Shown here: one piece after another, positions 21,420-31,963 of the stretch
Layout of the letters: the number at the start of each line of letters is the position of its first letter
Numbering within the stretch: position 1 is the first letter of the stretch
Virus record (IMG/VR): IMGVR_UViG_3300040801_002079
Span: 186,001 to 250,000 of that record
DNA length: 64,000 nucleotides
Strand: one strand, 5' to 3'
Position numbers and translations under genes: made by a program
Notes under the pieces: model-generated
Seen by the model: only the letters and a program-made list of their open reading frames with translations
Told to the model about the DNA's origin: nothing
Database searches by the model: none

Positions 21420-21707
21420 CTAGGTAACATTGGTGTTCAGCACCAACTTTTTAACTACGTTATGATTTTTCATGTATTCCTCGTTTAAATACTCTTCACA
21501 CTGTTCTAAATCTTTTCTTATAACAAGAGGAGTTCCCCTGCGATCTGTTATGCAAAATCCATCAGATACTTCATATATGATGTTGTTTAATGTTTTGTAG
21601 GTCAGCTTAGCCGTTTCATTTGTTGAATCGACAACCTTCAAAAATATTAAAAACTTCTGGGATTTGCTACTTTCATTTTCTATTATATCATAGTCAACAA
21701 TGTCCAT
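21420..21707 (-). CDS. hypothetical protein
   Basis: ORF with late promoter. Confidence 0.5.
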   Translation of the reverse strand: MDIVDYDIIENESSKSQKFLIFLKVVDSTNETAKLTYKTLNNIIYEVSDGFCITDRRGTPLVIRKDLEQCEEYLNEEYMKNHNVVKKLVLNTNVT

Positions 21708-21746
21708 GCAACTATTTATTAGTTATGTAAAAGTAGTAAAAATGAC

Positions 21747-21844
21747 TGGCGGTGGGTGTGGGATTTGAACCCACGAGCCACCCTTTTAAAGGTGACTACT
21801 TCCTTAGCAGGGAAGCGCGATCAACCAGACTCTGCCAACCCACC
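21747..21844 (-). tRNA. tRNA-Ser(GCT)
   Basis: loop CTGCTAA, long V-arm, CCA. Confidence 0.95.
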
Positions 21845-22071
21845 TTAATTAAATACATTCTTGCATTTACATTTTACACTGTGACAAACCTGACATGTAT
21901 AAATCCACGCGGGTCCAGCATAAAATTTAACTGTATCGATAACCATAGCTAAAGCGGCTACCTCTGTTGGACAAATATGAATCATTTACGAAGTCTCCAT
22001 TTAATACCATAGGAGCACCCGAGCGAATCGCCCAAGCGCATAATCATTCTTTTCAAGAACTCTAACATTTA

Positions 22072-22392
22072 TCATTCTCTATATAAATTATTCTTGGTGG
22101 CGTAATCATCATACTTCTGTAAAAACTGAAGTAAATCTCTTACATCATGTGGTGATATCATCGTATCACTGAACACATTACTATATGGATGCAGCCTGAA
22201 AATATACTTTATGCCATTCCATAAACGATTAAAAAAAGGACGGTCAGCGTTTAGCATCTGATGAATATAGAATTCGGGACAAGCAATATCACTCTCGTCT
22301 TCCCAATATTCAAACCTTATGACATGTTCTATATCATAACAATCGCAATCGATTGTCAAGCGTCTTACGTCCTTTTCATATGCGTTTTTCAT
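22072..22392 (-). CDS. hypothetical protein
   Basis: GAGGT RBS, CDC..EH motif. Confidence 0.6.
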   Translation of the reverse strand: MKNAYEKDVRRLTIDCDCYDIEHVIRFEYWEDESDIACPEFYIHQMLNADRPFFNRLWNGIKYIFRLHPYSNVFSDTMISPHDVRDLLQFLQKYDDYATKNNLYRE

Positions 22393-22439
22393 ATACTACC
22401 TCAATTCAAAATCCAAAGAATGTAAAACTGTTTCAAAAG

Positions 22440-22516
22440 TGGTCGGACCAGCAAGATTCGAACTTGCGACCTCTCGGACCCAAACCGAGTGCTCTACCAG
22501 ACTGAGCTATGATCCG
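22440..22516 (-). tRNA. tRNA-Pro(TGG)
   Basis: loop TTTGGGT, CCA. Confidence 0.95.
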
Positions 22517-22576
22517 TCATTTTCAAAATATTATAACACACTAAATATGTATAAACAACCATAAGGAACAATATTT

Positions 22577-22996
22577 ATGAATAAAGATAATGTAATTGAT
22601 TTTGATTTGCAGTGCATTTATCATCCTGCCCACGAAAACAGATTTATGTTAAGGTTTGTTGCAGAAAGTAACGCCTTAAAAAATTTATCAAAGCAAGCCA
22701 TTAGCTATTCATATGACCTAGTTGAAAAAAATATTAAGGTTATATTTGAAATAGCTGGCAGCGCAAATGTGGTGGAAGAAGAATTATTAGATTTCTGTTC
22801 CGGTTCAAAAAAGTTAGCGGGACATGGAAATTTTATTGTCATTGAATTTTTATCCTCAACGGGCCTTACTCCGGAAAAGAGTATACACTGCATTGTAGAC
22901 AACGTAATATCATGTAAAATGAAAGGAGATTATGCTGGAAGTGGTACATGTAAAGCAGAACTAATCTGCAATATTAGCAACTTTAAATTTTCTTAA
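22577..22996 (+). CDS. hypothetical protein (weak tail-tube-like)
   Basis: AAGGA RBS, late-promoter-like ACTAAATA. Confidence 0.5.
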   Translation: MNKDNVIDFDLQCIYHPAHENRFMLRFVAESNALKNLSKQAISYSYDLVEKNIKVIFEIAGSANVVEEELLDFCSGSKKLAGHGNFIVIEFLSSTGLTPEKSIHCIVDNVISCKMKGDYAGSGTCKAELICNISNFKFS

Positions 22997-23657
22997 AGAT
23001 AAAAAGTAAAAATTGACCTCTCGTATACCGATGTTTCATTTTCATCATGTTATCAGGTAAGTAGCCAGCCACAAAACCGTTACTCATTATATATGTGTCC
23101 TGTCCATAAAATGTTTTCAACTGCATATCATTATTGGTGCACATCTTAACAAAATCCATATAAGAAAAATGGCGATAATGAAATTTGTTTGGATTTTTTT
23201 CCAGCGAAAGAATATCAGCATTTGGAACTGACGCAACTAAATACCCTCCGGGCTTTAACGATTTCTCTAATTCAGCCACTAACGATGAGGCATCCTCTAC
23301 ATGTTCAATAGATTCAATGCTCGTTATAAAATCATAACGTTTGTGTGGTAAACTAAATGGAAAATAATTTTCTTCAAATGAAGTGTTATTAGTTTTATAA
23401 TGAACTCCTGCTTGCTGTATGGCAGGCCCGGATGCGTCAATTCCATGTACACTACAATTTAATTTATCAGCCATTAAATATGTACCGTACCCATTGCCAC
23501 AAAAACAATCAAGCCCATTCAATTCATCTGTGCTTGGTCCTAATAAGTTCTTAATATGATGTGAAGCTAAATGATATCGGGCCAAGTGGTCGGCTCTAAT
23601 TGCTGCCAACCGTGTCCCGGTTTGTCGTTCACCGCTATGAAGTTGAAAATCGCTCAC
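22983..23657 (-). CDS. class I SAM-dependent methyltransferase
   Basis: HLARY, LDCFCGNGYG, ESIEHV, LKPGG. Confidence 0.88.
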   Translation of the reverse strand: MSDFQLHSGERQTGTRLAAIRADHLARYHLASHHIKNLLGPSTDELNGLDCFCGNGYGTYLMADKLNCSVHGIDASGPAIQQAGVHYKTNNTSFEENYFPFSLPHKRYDFITSIESIEHVEDASSLVAELEKSLKPGGYLVASVPNADILSLEKNPNKFHYRHFSYMDFVKMCTNNDMQLKTFYGQDTYIMSNGFVAGYLPDNMMKMKHRYTRGQFLLFIFKKI

Positions 23658-23694
23658 ACATTATCCCCTATTAGTATTCATATTTATATGGTAA

Positions 23695-23721
23695 TAAAAA
23701 GGGGGTTCAGAAGAACCCCCT
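23695..23721 (-). terminator. intrinsic terminator
   Basis: GGGGGTTC-TTCT-GAACCCCC followed by T run on minus strand. Confidence 0.75.
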
Positions 23722-23746
23722 CTATTTTTAACAGTTTGTAACTGTC

Positions 23747-25045
23747 TTACCAGCGGCTATACTGTTTTGGTGTGCCGTCCCTCTCCAACTCAGAGCCAGC
23801 CACAAACATTGGTCTAGTTTTGGAATAAGCTGCTGTGTTTTCACCGTTAGCCTCATCCCAAATTTTAGAATCACGACCAAGATCATTTCTAGCACCCATT
23901 AACTGGTTAACACTCTTATCAACTGGTGCAATTTCCTCGCGTGGCACATAGCCCGGAACAGGTGCTGCATGACCATAATCAATTCGATTGGCCTTATAGC
24001 ACATTGTTCTCCATAAGTTATACTTAAATTGAGAAGTATTATATGTTAATATAGCACGAGGCATTATCCACCATGGATGATTAATAACCCACCACATACG
24101 ATGATAGTTTGGTGAAGCTACTTGAATTCCTTTAACGGATTTTTTACCATTAACATATGGTGCTTCAACAACTTCTCGCGGGTTAACATTTACAGCAATT
24201 TGGTGACTCTTTGCTCCAGCAATTGCCGCACCAAATCCGCCATTTTGTGCCCATAAACCATGATACTTCCAGAACTCCATTTCTTCTTCAGTAAATGGAA
24301 CTTCTGGATCAAGAGCGAAGTGACCAACACCTTCTTTTCCACGAACACGCTTTTCGTTTGCTCCATAAAAATCATACATGGGTAACATATAGCTCCATTG
24401 GTCCAGAGCATGGCCCATCATAGCTATAATTCTAGTAGTAGTACCAGTCTTACGTGCAGCCTCCTCTGTATGACTTAAGAAATAGTTTGCAGTCTCACGT
24501 TGATTACGAATAACAAAACATCCATTGGATCGTGATCTTGACAATCCAAGAGTTTCTTTCTTAAATGCTATTTCGTTTCGAAAGCCTGCGTTTTTAATTT
24601 CTTTAACCATTGAACGGGGTAAGTTACCAACTTCACCCATTGGTGCTTCCCACCAACCATCAAGCTCTACTGCTTCTGGTGGAGATATCTGGTGAAGAAC
24701 AACTTCCCTTTCCGGTAGCTTATTATCAATTCTATTGCCGTTGGCATCAAAATTATCACCATCTGCAAATTTCTTTAATTTTTCAATTCTATCTAGAAGC
24801 CATAGATTAAAGCCATTTTTAGCTTGCTCCTCAAGAGTTGTAATCAACTGCTCAAGTTCCTCTAAATCGCTCAATTCATCTTCTGTATTATCTTCGATAG
24901 GGCCAACAATAAAGTTATCATCGGTATTCTCCTCAGTGGTTTCACCAAGGTTTTCCAAGATCGTCTGTACAACCTCGGACTCTTCGGGGCCAACGCCTCG
25001 TTCACATACTGGACATTCTTTCAAGTCGCGTTTATTACTCATCAT
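23747..25045 (-). CDS. hypothetical late protein
   Basis: 432-aa ORF, AGGAGG RBS, TATAAATA promoter. Confidence 0.7.
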   Translation of the reverse strand: MMSNKRDLKECPVCERGVGPEESEVVQTILENLGETTEENTDDNFIVGPIEDNTEDELSDLEELEQLITTLEEQAKNGFNLWLLDRIEKLKKFADGDNFDANGNRIDNKLPEREVVLHQISPPEAVELDGWWEAPMGEVGNLPRSMVKEIKNAGFRNEIAFKKETLGLSRSRSNGCFVIRNQRETANYFLSHTEEAARKTGTTTRIIAMMGHALDQWSYMLPMYDFYGANEKRVRGKEGVGHFALDPEVPFTEEEMEFWKYHGLWAQNGGFGAAIAGAKSHQIAVNVNPREVVEAPYVNGKKSVKGIQVASPNYHRMWWVINHPWWIMPRAILTYNTSQFKYNLWRTMCYKANRIDYGHAAPVPGYVPREEIAPVDKSVNQLMGARNDLGRDSKIWDEANGENTAAYSKTRPMFVAGSELERDGTPKQYSRW

Positions 25046-25086
25046 TACCTCCTAATTTGGCCTGACTACCAGTATTTATACGGAGA

Positions 25087-26274
25087 TTAATTTAGATCAG
25101 CTAATAAATCATCTTTTCCTAATGTAAAGCCAGATTCAGTCCATTTAGATTTAAGAGAATTTAATATTCGCCCAAGTTCTGGTCCCGGCGATATGCCTAA
25201 TCTCTTTAAATCTTCACCATTGACTGGAAAAGTAGGGGCATCCCAATTTTGAAACTTATTCGCAGCCCCATTTTTATTCTTATACACAAGCAGAGCGTGA
25301 ACAAGATTTTTCTTTATTCTCAGCATGATATGCATTTTCTTAGCTAGAGTTAAATTGATGTCCTTATCACGATGCTGTAATATGGTTTTCATCATTTCAT
25401 ATTCTGGGTTACTGAATTTCCACCGTGACCTTACATCATTCAACTCATCGACTGAACTTAATAACGATGCCATTAATAGGTTTGGGTCCTTTGTATTATT
25501 GTAAACTCGACTGAACTCCTTGAGGTTTGGATTGGGTAATCCAATATTATTCATAACCCCAGACTCTTTCATCTTGGACAATATTAAAGGGGCATGATTG
25601 CCTGAAAGGATTTTTGCCATTTCCATCCATATCCTTTCACCGCTTATTCTTTTCAAGCCTTCTGCATTTTTTGCAATCTTGGATAGGGTGTCCTTATCAA
25701 AGTTAGGAGACTCGGTTCGACCCTGAAATCTAAAATATCTAAGAATTCTTAAAAAATCTTCCTGCATTCTGGAATCAGCATCCCCAACAAATCTCGCTGT
25801 ACCAGATTTCAAATCCTCATGACCCCCATGATAATCATATAGATTACCATCAAAGTCCATGCTCATAGCGTTAAAAGTGAGGTCCCTTCTTTCCGCATCC
25901 TGTTCCCAATCTTTGGTATACTCAACTTCAGCATGTCTGCCATCAGTTTCAACATCTATGCGAAGCGTTGTTATTTCGTAATCCTCGCCATCAATGTGAG
26001 CAACCACTGTGCCGTGCTGTAGCCCCGTTTCAATCACTCTTATATCATTGGCCTTAAGTAACTCCATACTCTCGTTAGGAGTCGCATCTGTGGCTAAATC
26101 AATGTCCTTAGGCTCCTTATCCATAAGTATGTCACGCACAGCGCCACCAACAATTCGAAGTTCGTGTCCGTTTTGCTTATAAAGCTGATTAAGGCGTAAC
26201 AAATTCTTATCCAACAATCTGTTAAGAGTTTGCTTCTTATTTGTTACTTGCTCTAAGAGAATACTAAGTTTCAT
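25087..26274 (-). CDS. cca: CCA-adding tRNA nucleotidyltransferase
   Basis: VGGAVRD, DIDLAT, EITTLR, RRDLTFNA, EDFLRILR, ISGERI. Confidence 0.93.
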   Translation of the reverse strand: MKLSILLEQVTNKKQTLNRLLDKNLLRLNQLYKQNGHELRIVGGAVRDILMDKEPKDIDLATDATPNESMELLKANDIRVIETGLQHGTVVAHIDGEDYEITTLRIDVETDGRHAEVEYTKDWEQDAERRDLTFNAMSMDFDGNLYDYHGGHEDLKSGTARFVGDADSRMQEDFLRILRYFRFQGRTESPNFDKDTLSKIAKNAEGLKRISGERIWMEMAKILSGNHAPLILSKMKESGVMNNIGLPNPNLKEFSRVYNNTKDPNLLMASLLSSVDELNDVRSRWKFSNPEYEMMKTILQHRDKDINLTLAKKMHIMLRIKKNLVHALLVYKNKNGAANKFQNWDAPTFPVNGEDLKRLGISPGPELGRILNSLKSKWTESGFTLGKDDLLADLN

Positions 26275-26290
26275 AGTGATATTTATAAAC

Positions 26291-26366
26291 TGGTGCCCGC
26301 AGACGGAATTGAACCATCGCCTTCGTTCTTACCAAGAACGTGCTCTACCTGCTAAGCTATACGGGC
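26291..26366 (-). tRNA. tRNA-Thr(GGT)
   Basis: loop TTGGTAA, CCA. Confidence 0.93.
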
Positions 26367-27284
26367 TAAAATGTTATTCAAATGGGACCGCTTCACGGCT
26401 TCAACATTTTTAAGATCATCCCACTTCATTTGCCGACGATACATTTCACCAATGAACGCTCTTCGCTCATCATCGTTTGAGAAATGTCTAGATGCTATGC
26501 CACACCCATACGTTGTTATTCGTGAATGATAAATTAATGTCTCAACCATAACCGTACTATTCAGACCAAACACCATATCAGCGTATGGCAAATAGTGATG
26601 GACATCATCGGTAACTTCAACCAAACGGGGGTCTTTTAATGTTATTGGGGCTGGAGCCAGAGGATGTCTCTTATATAGAATCTTTCTATCGTCAAACCTG
26701 AAAATGTTAAACACCTGTTCTAAAAATTCATTCATTGTTTTGAACGGAGAATATTGTGTAATCTGCGTGTCAGTCTCATCTTGCATTGGAACAAAAATAA
26801 ATGGCTCATTGACTAGACGGGGCTTCTTATATTCCTGCTCTAGAGCCTCGCATATCAATTTGTCCTCATACGAGAAATCTTTTGTATGCTTAACACCTAT
26901 GATGCTATGCTGAGTGTTAACACCGCATCTATCGAAATAGCATGTTTTATCATAATGCCCAAAGAATCCAAGTTCACCAAAAATCATCTTATCTCTTCCA
27001 ACATGGCTAATGAACTCTCGGTCACCATCGCTGTTCCCATTCCATGTAATACATACATCAGGGTTTATTTCTTTAATGAAGCCGCTATCAACAACTGGAG
27101 TTACCCGAACATTAAGCGGGTCTCCATTTTCGCGTGGCACCTGTGCTTGCGTGTGAACCATCATTGATACATCATGACCCATCTCAGTTAATGATTTACC
27201 CAAGTCTGTAAATAATCTATTAATAGTGGTCCAACGGTTTGGTCTATCAGTATTACCCGCGCCACAGTGAAACATTATCTTCAT
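26352..27284 (-). CDS. KpsS/KpsC-like capsule glycosyltransferase
   Basis: FVPMQDETDTQI, KRHP, NSTVMVETL motifs. Confidence 0.7.
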   Translation of the reverse strand: MKIMFHCGAGNTDRPNRWTTINRLFTDLGKSLTEMGHDVSMMVHTQAQVPRENGDPLNVRVTPVVDSGFIKEINPDVCITWNGNSDGDREFISHVGRDKMIFGELGFFGHYDKTCYFDRCGVNTQHSIIGVKHTKDFSYEDKLICEALEQEYKKPRLVNEPFIFVPMQDETDTQITQYSPFKTMNEFLEQVFNIFRFDDRKILYKRHPLAPAPITLKDPRLVEVTDDVHHYLPYADMVFGLNSTVMVETLIYHSRITTYGCGIASRHFSNDDERRAFIGEMYRRQMKWDDLKNVEAVKRSHLNNILARIA

Positions 27285-27745
27285 GGCTTTTCCTTTATAA
27301 TTTTAGCAGGACTCCCCGCAACAATCATGTTGGGCGGCACATCCTTATTAACAAAACTGTTTGCCCCAATTACTGAATTTTCCCATACTGTAATACCACA
27401 ATTGAATGTAACATTAGCACCGGACCAAACATTATCTTTTATGTATAAGTGACTTCGTATTAGCTTCTTTTGAATATTGGGATTGGATGACATCTCATGA
27501 TATGATGCCAGTAGTGTGCAGTGGGGTCCAATCATGGTTTCCTTACCTATAACAACTTCTCCCGTTGCCTGTACCATGGTAAAGAAACCCAGCACCGAAT
27601 TGGCACCAATCTTTAACATTCCGTCAGCCATTTCTATAATGCTGTTATGTCGTATCTGCGCCCCATTATCAATTATTACCGTTCCCGATCCCAGAAATTT
27701 AACGGTCTCATGCACTCGTCCATTGTTGATTACTTTAACTGCCAT
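27281..27745 (-). CDS. left-handed beta-helix O-acyltransferase
   Basis: hexapeptide repeats, IGANSFVNKDVP..VAGSPAK. Confidence 0.88.
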   Translation of the reverse strand: MAVKVINNGRVHETVKFLGSGTVIIDNGAQIRHNSIIEMADGMLKIGANSVLGFFTMVQATGEVVIGKETMIGPHCTLLASYHEMSSNPNIQKKLIRSHLYIKDNVWSGANVTFNCGITVWENSVIGANSFVNKDVPPNMIVAGSPAKIIKEKP

Positions 27746-27747
27746 TT

Positions 27748-28500
27748 TTATTCCTCAATAAAATCCACCGGACTCTGGGTGAAATCAACTATGGTATAGT
27801 CCTCCGGTGGAACCATATGATGTACATAACCTAAACTTCTGTAATTTGCAATATCTTTCTTTGGGTTCCTTTCCGGAAGCTCAAGATTATATTTGGACTT
27901 ACGGGTCTGTCCCAAATAGTGCACAATGGGTGAACTTATAGCCACAGCATAATCATATCCCTTCTTGTACATATTTTCAAATACAAAATCATCTCCACAA
28001 TATATTGTCAAAAATTGTGGTATCGGAGTCCATGCTTCCTTTCTAATACAGATATCCCATCCTTGCCGATATTTACCCCTCTCAAGAATCTCATACTTCA
28101 ACTCTGGTAACATCTTCTTATAGCTGGGATGATTAGTGGGATGCATTATGGCCCCAACCGTTGGCTCCTTTTCAAAAATGTCAACGACATCTTGTAGAAA
28201 ATTAGGAGGGATTCTGATGTCATTGTTCAATAAACAAACATATGGTTTTACTGATAATGAAACATATGAATTCCAAACTGTATTAAGTGGAATGTTTTTA
28301 TTATGCTTGCGTACAATTATGTCCAACTCGGATGTGTCACGGAGATGCTCAAGATATTCAAGTGTACCCTCTTCTATTGAATCTTGGTCCAATACGGTTA
28401 ACGTAAAATTTCTATACGTTTGACGGTGCAAATCGTGTACTAAATTTTTTGTATGCTCCAAGCAATTTAAATTAATAACAACAACATCTATCATATTCAT
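27748..28500 (-). CDS. glycosyltransferase family 2
   Basis: DQDS.EGT, LLNNDI, YCGDD. Confidence 0.85.
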   Translation of the reverse strand: MNMIDVVVINLNCLEHTKNLVHDLHRQTYRNFTLTVLDQDSIEEGTLEYLEHLRDTSELDIIVRKHNKNIPLNTVWNSYVSLSVKPYVCLLNNDIRIPPNFLQDVVDIFEKEPTVGAIMHPTNHPSYKKMLPELKYEILERGKYRQGWDICIRKEAWTPIPQFLTIYCGDDFVFENMYKKGYDYAVAISSPIVHYLGQTRKSKYNLELPERNPKKDIANYRSLGYVHHMVPPEDYTIVDFTQSPVDFIEE

Positions 28501-30518
28501 CTCCAGTGCTGTTGTATTATTGGATCATATTCCAAGTCTGCCATTTTGGGCTTACTGTGAAAGCAAACCACAGAAGACTTATCAGGCAGGGTAACGGAAT
28601 GGGTTTCTGAATTATAGCAATCATATTTAAAAGCAGCCATTTTATTTGGAAACACATCCTGAACCCACTGAACATCAAGCTCTAAGAAATGTTCGATGGC
28701 TTGCTGGTCTCCCCCAATAAACTGCTGTAAGCTTATATCTCCTGCAATCAACTCTCTCATAAATTTATAAAATATATGATGGCCCTTAAGTGACTGCCAG
28801 CTTAGTACACCGCTACCCATATTAAGGAGGGTGTTAAAATCTCTAAGGGCTAAAAAGTCTCCTCCATAATTTGCAAAATCATCAATGGGGTTAACAATTA
28901 ATGTGTCCAGATCAAAATATAAAACCTGAGCATCCCCTAAAATTTCTGGGCGAAATAGCTCTAATTTGCTCCACCATCCGGGCAACCCATATTCAAGTGG
29001 TATAACCTCATCCACTAAATTTAAGTCTATATTTCCCTCGGTTGAATCTGTCAGACAAACAAATCTATAGTCCATATTTAAATGTCTGCTGACAGCGGAT
29101 GCCAGCCTATTGACATAACTTTCATCATATATGCCGCCAGTCTTCAGAACAGAGGCGACAACCAGTGGTTTAGTGCGTTTATTATAATCAACACCAGTGG
29201 TAAACTTTTTAACAACCAAGTATGTATCCCTAACGCCCTTTATGGTCTGCATACGTGAATGAAGGATGTCATCCTGTTTATTCTTGAAAAACTCATTTAT
29301 GATTTCTTCACATTCTGTACATGTATCATAATGGTAATAAGGGAAAAACAACGAGCCACCAATTGATAAGTTATCCCATAGTTTGGGTAATATAGCTCTA
29401 AGCTTCACAGGATTAAATATACCAATAAACGCGAAGCTTATGTCTTCTTCCATTTCATTAATGCTAGATAAGAAACCATCACTTCTAATTTCAAAGTGTT
29501 CAGTCTTGGTCTGGGCTAAACTGTTATTTTTAATTCTCTGAGAAGGTCTATTCTTAGACACATTGGAAACAATATCCGTATTAAGATTTTCCACTGAGTC
29601 TATGCCTATCAGTTTTTTATTCTGTTCCATTGCCCCATCCAATAGCAGATCAAACGTCATTATATCGGATACTCCAACATCCAAAATAACGCCATTAATA
29701 TTTGATATGTCTGCTAAGTGCGGAACAAGTCTGCTTTTATATTCATTAACCTTGCAGAGATTTTGCTCGGTGCTAACTTCAGTTATTTGCTTCAGTTCTT
29801 GTTCAATTCTTGAATGCTTGGTGAGATTATTCCACTTATGGGGGAACCCAAGCTTCTTGTAATTCTCTATGTCAAGTAACGCCTGCTTTTTTATCTTTGT
29901 TGTAAAATCTTCACCCATAGCTTCACGGGTCTTACTTAATTTGTGAATAACAGGGGATGATGTTATAACCCCAACTTTCTTGCCCGATGCATACTGCTTA
30001 TGGAAAATATAATCATCACCGCAATAAAATTTTAAAATTGCAGGGATATCATTCCACTCTGATGTCCGAAGCATGAACTCCCATCCCTGTTTAACTTCTG
30101 TATTTTCCATAACATGACGGGTGGGAGAAGTTGCTGTACTATAATCTCTATTATTGGTTGCGTGAATAGCTATACCAATACGCTCACTCTTAGAAAGAAC
30201 ATTATAACTGTCCTGAAGGTAATTAGATGTAATCCGAATATCGTTATTCAAAAAACAAATATAATCTGCTCCATGCGGGGCTTTAGCGAATTCATTCCAG
30301 ATGTGATTGAGTGGTTTATTCTCTCCATTTTGAATAACAGTGTAATTTGATCTTTTATTTAAATGATTGAAAAAAGTCTCGGTGCCATACTCTGTTGAAT
30401 TTTGATCGTAAACATAAACAACGTAGTCTGCAAATGTTTGCCTATCCAGATCGGAAATAAGATTTTTTGTATGTTCAAGACAATTTAAGTTTACAATTGA
30501 TACTGCTATTTTTGCCAC
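28497..30518 (-). CDS. multidomain glycosyltransferase (GT2 + methyltransferase-like + GT-A)
   Basis: N-terminal paralog of neighbouring GT2; C-terminal FVCLTD, GWWSKLELF, YFDLD, GDQ, VCFH.KPK. Confidence 0.8.
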   Translation of the reverse strand: MAKIAVSIVNLNCLEHTKNLISDLDRQTFADYVVYVYDQNSTEYGTETFFNHLNKRSNYTVIQNGENKPLNHIWNEFAKAPHGADYICFLNNDIRITSNYLQDSYNVLSKSERIGIAIHATNNRDYSTATSPTRHVMENTEVKQGWEFMLRTSEWNDIPAILKFYCGDDYIFHKQYASGKKVGVITSSPVIHKLSKTREAMGEDFTTKIKKQALLDIENYKKLGFPHKWNNLTKHSRIEQELKQITEVSTEQNLCKVNEYKSRLVPHLADISNINGVILDVGVSDIMTFDLLLDGAMEQNKKLIGIDSVENLNTDIVSNVSKNRPSQRIKNNSLAQTKTEHFEIRSDGFLSSINEMEEDISFAFIGIFNPVKLRAILPKLWDNLSIGGSLFFPYYHYDTCTECEEIINEFFKNKQDDILHSRMQTIKGVRDTYLVVKKFTTGVDYNKRTKPLVVASVLKTGGIYDESYVNRLASAVSRHLNMDYRFVCLTDSTEGNIDLNLVDEVIPLEYGLPGWWSKLELFRPEILGDAQVLYFDLDTLIVNPIDDFANYGGDFLALRDFNTLLNMGSGVLSWQSLKGHHIFYKFMRELIAGDISLQQFIGGDQQAIEHFLELDVQWVQDVFPNKMAAFKYDCYNSETHSVTLPDKSSVVCFHSKPKMADLEYDPIIQQHWR

Positions 30519-30578
30519 GCTTATTATTCTCCATATAAGTGGTACATTTATTTATATGGAAAATAAAAGAGGGCGAAT

Positions 30579-30653
30579 TGGTGGGAGATGGTGGAATCGA
30601 ACCACCGACATCTAGTGTGTAAAACTAGTGCTCTACCCCTGAGCTAATCTCCC
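30579..30653 (-). tRNA. tRNA-Val(TAC)
   Basis: loop TTTACAC, CCA. Confidence 0.95.
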
Positions 30654-30735
30654 CTATAATACTTGACTTTTAATTATTTAGTATATACACTGAAAATTAT
30701 AACATATAAATATCATACAAGTCAAGGAGTTAGCT

Positions 30736-31845
30736 ATGAAATTATATTTTTACAATACACTACTGAACATTATGAAAATGTTTATCCAATGTGATAGACC
30801 ACTAAGCCATAAGAACTATAAAAAGATATACAAAAAGAAACTATACTTTGAATTAAAGCAAAAACATGATTTTAAAGAATTTGATTTATGGTTTAATCGT
30901 ACATGGAAGTATGCGATTTTAGACAATACCAATAGTGACACATTTGTTGGCTCAGTTATAGAATCTACTATCCTATTAATGAAGCAGTTTAGCCTCAGAC
31001 ATGTGTGTGGAATTCAACCACTTAACGGTCCAGTTGGGTCGGCATATACACTATCAATTACCCGCAATGACACCAATCCATCCAAAATGTGTTTAGAAGT
31101 CATAGCAAACAGTGTACAAGCGGAAGCCAAGCGGCTGAATACCCAATATACCCTTGAGGCTGCACAGGATTTAAAGACGCATCATAATATTGATTTACAT
31201 CAAGACTTGAATGAGATGATATCTCAATCCATTGACGCAGAATTTATGGAAGAATTTATATCCGAAGTAAAAGAAAAGTCCCCCATTAAAGAAACTTTCA
31301 CTATGGACACCATAAATGCAAATACCATGGAACTGCTGCACGGTCAAATTAATATCATAGCTAGTAAAATTGCAATGATAACACGCCGGGGTGCGGGCAA
31401 TGTCATCTTCACATCCCCCTATATTGCTGCCCTACTTGAAGAATATGGACACATCAAACCGAATAGTTATAATTCAGACCTAGATAGTTTAAACCTTCGA
31501 CACGTTGGGCTTCTCAACCAGAAAAGAGACATTCAGGTATATTCATATAATGGTGCAGAACCTGAATTTCTAATGATGGGATATAAGGGGTTGAACGAAA
31601 CCGATGCGGGTCTAATTTTCTGCCCGTATATACCAATACTGTCCACTGGAGTTGTTATGGATAAGGAAACGTTTAACCCCACTGTTACATTTATGACTCG
31701 CTATGGAAGGCAGGCAGTTAATGATACCACCGAATCATGGGAAATGGAAAACAACAATCGCTTCATCTATTATGGTATATTGGATTTGAAATTACCGGAA
31801 GCATATGAGGGTGACGCTCAGTTACTGATGGAAAACGCTGCATAA
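30736..31845 (+). CDS. second, divergent gp23-family capsid protein
   Basis: CGIQPLNGPVG, YTLEAAQDL, TRRGAGN, FCPYIP, FMTRYG; own sigma70 promoter TTGACT-N17-TACACT. Confidence 0.85.
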   Translation: MKLYFYNTLLNIMKMFIQCDRPLSHKNYKKIYKKKLYFELKQKHDFKEFDLWFNRTWKYAILDNTNSDTFVGSVIESTILLMKQFSLRHVCGIQPLNGPVGSAYTLSITRNDTNPSKMCLEVIANSVQAEAKRLNTQYTLEAAQDLKTHHNIDLHQDLNEMISQSIDAEFMEEFISEVKEKSPIKETFTMDTINANTMELLHGQINIIASKIAMITRRGAGNVIFTSPYIAALLEEYGHIKPNSYNSDLDSLNLRHVGLLNQKRDIQVYSYNGAEPEFLMMGYKGLNETDAGLIFCPYIPILSTGVVMDKETFNPTVTFMTRYGRQAVNDTTESWEMENNNRFIYYGILDLKLPEAYEGDAQLLMENAA

Positions 31846-31848
31846 AAC

Positions 31849-31874
31849 GAAGGCCCGGAGTTCCGGGCCTTTTT
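31849..31874 (+). terminator. intrinsic terminator
   Basis: AAGGCCCGGA-GT-TCCGGGCCTTTTT. Confidence 0.8.
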
Positions 31875-31877
31875 CGT

Positions 31878-31954
31878 TGGTCAGCCTAGCAGGACTTGAA
31901 CCTGCGACCTTTTCTCCCCCAGAGAAACGCTCTCCCAGACTGAGCTATAGGCTG
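31878..31954 (-). tRNA. tRNA-Pro(GGG)
   Basis: loop CTGGGGG, CCA. Confidence 0.92.
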
Positions 31955-31963
31955 TTTTTTTAT

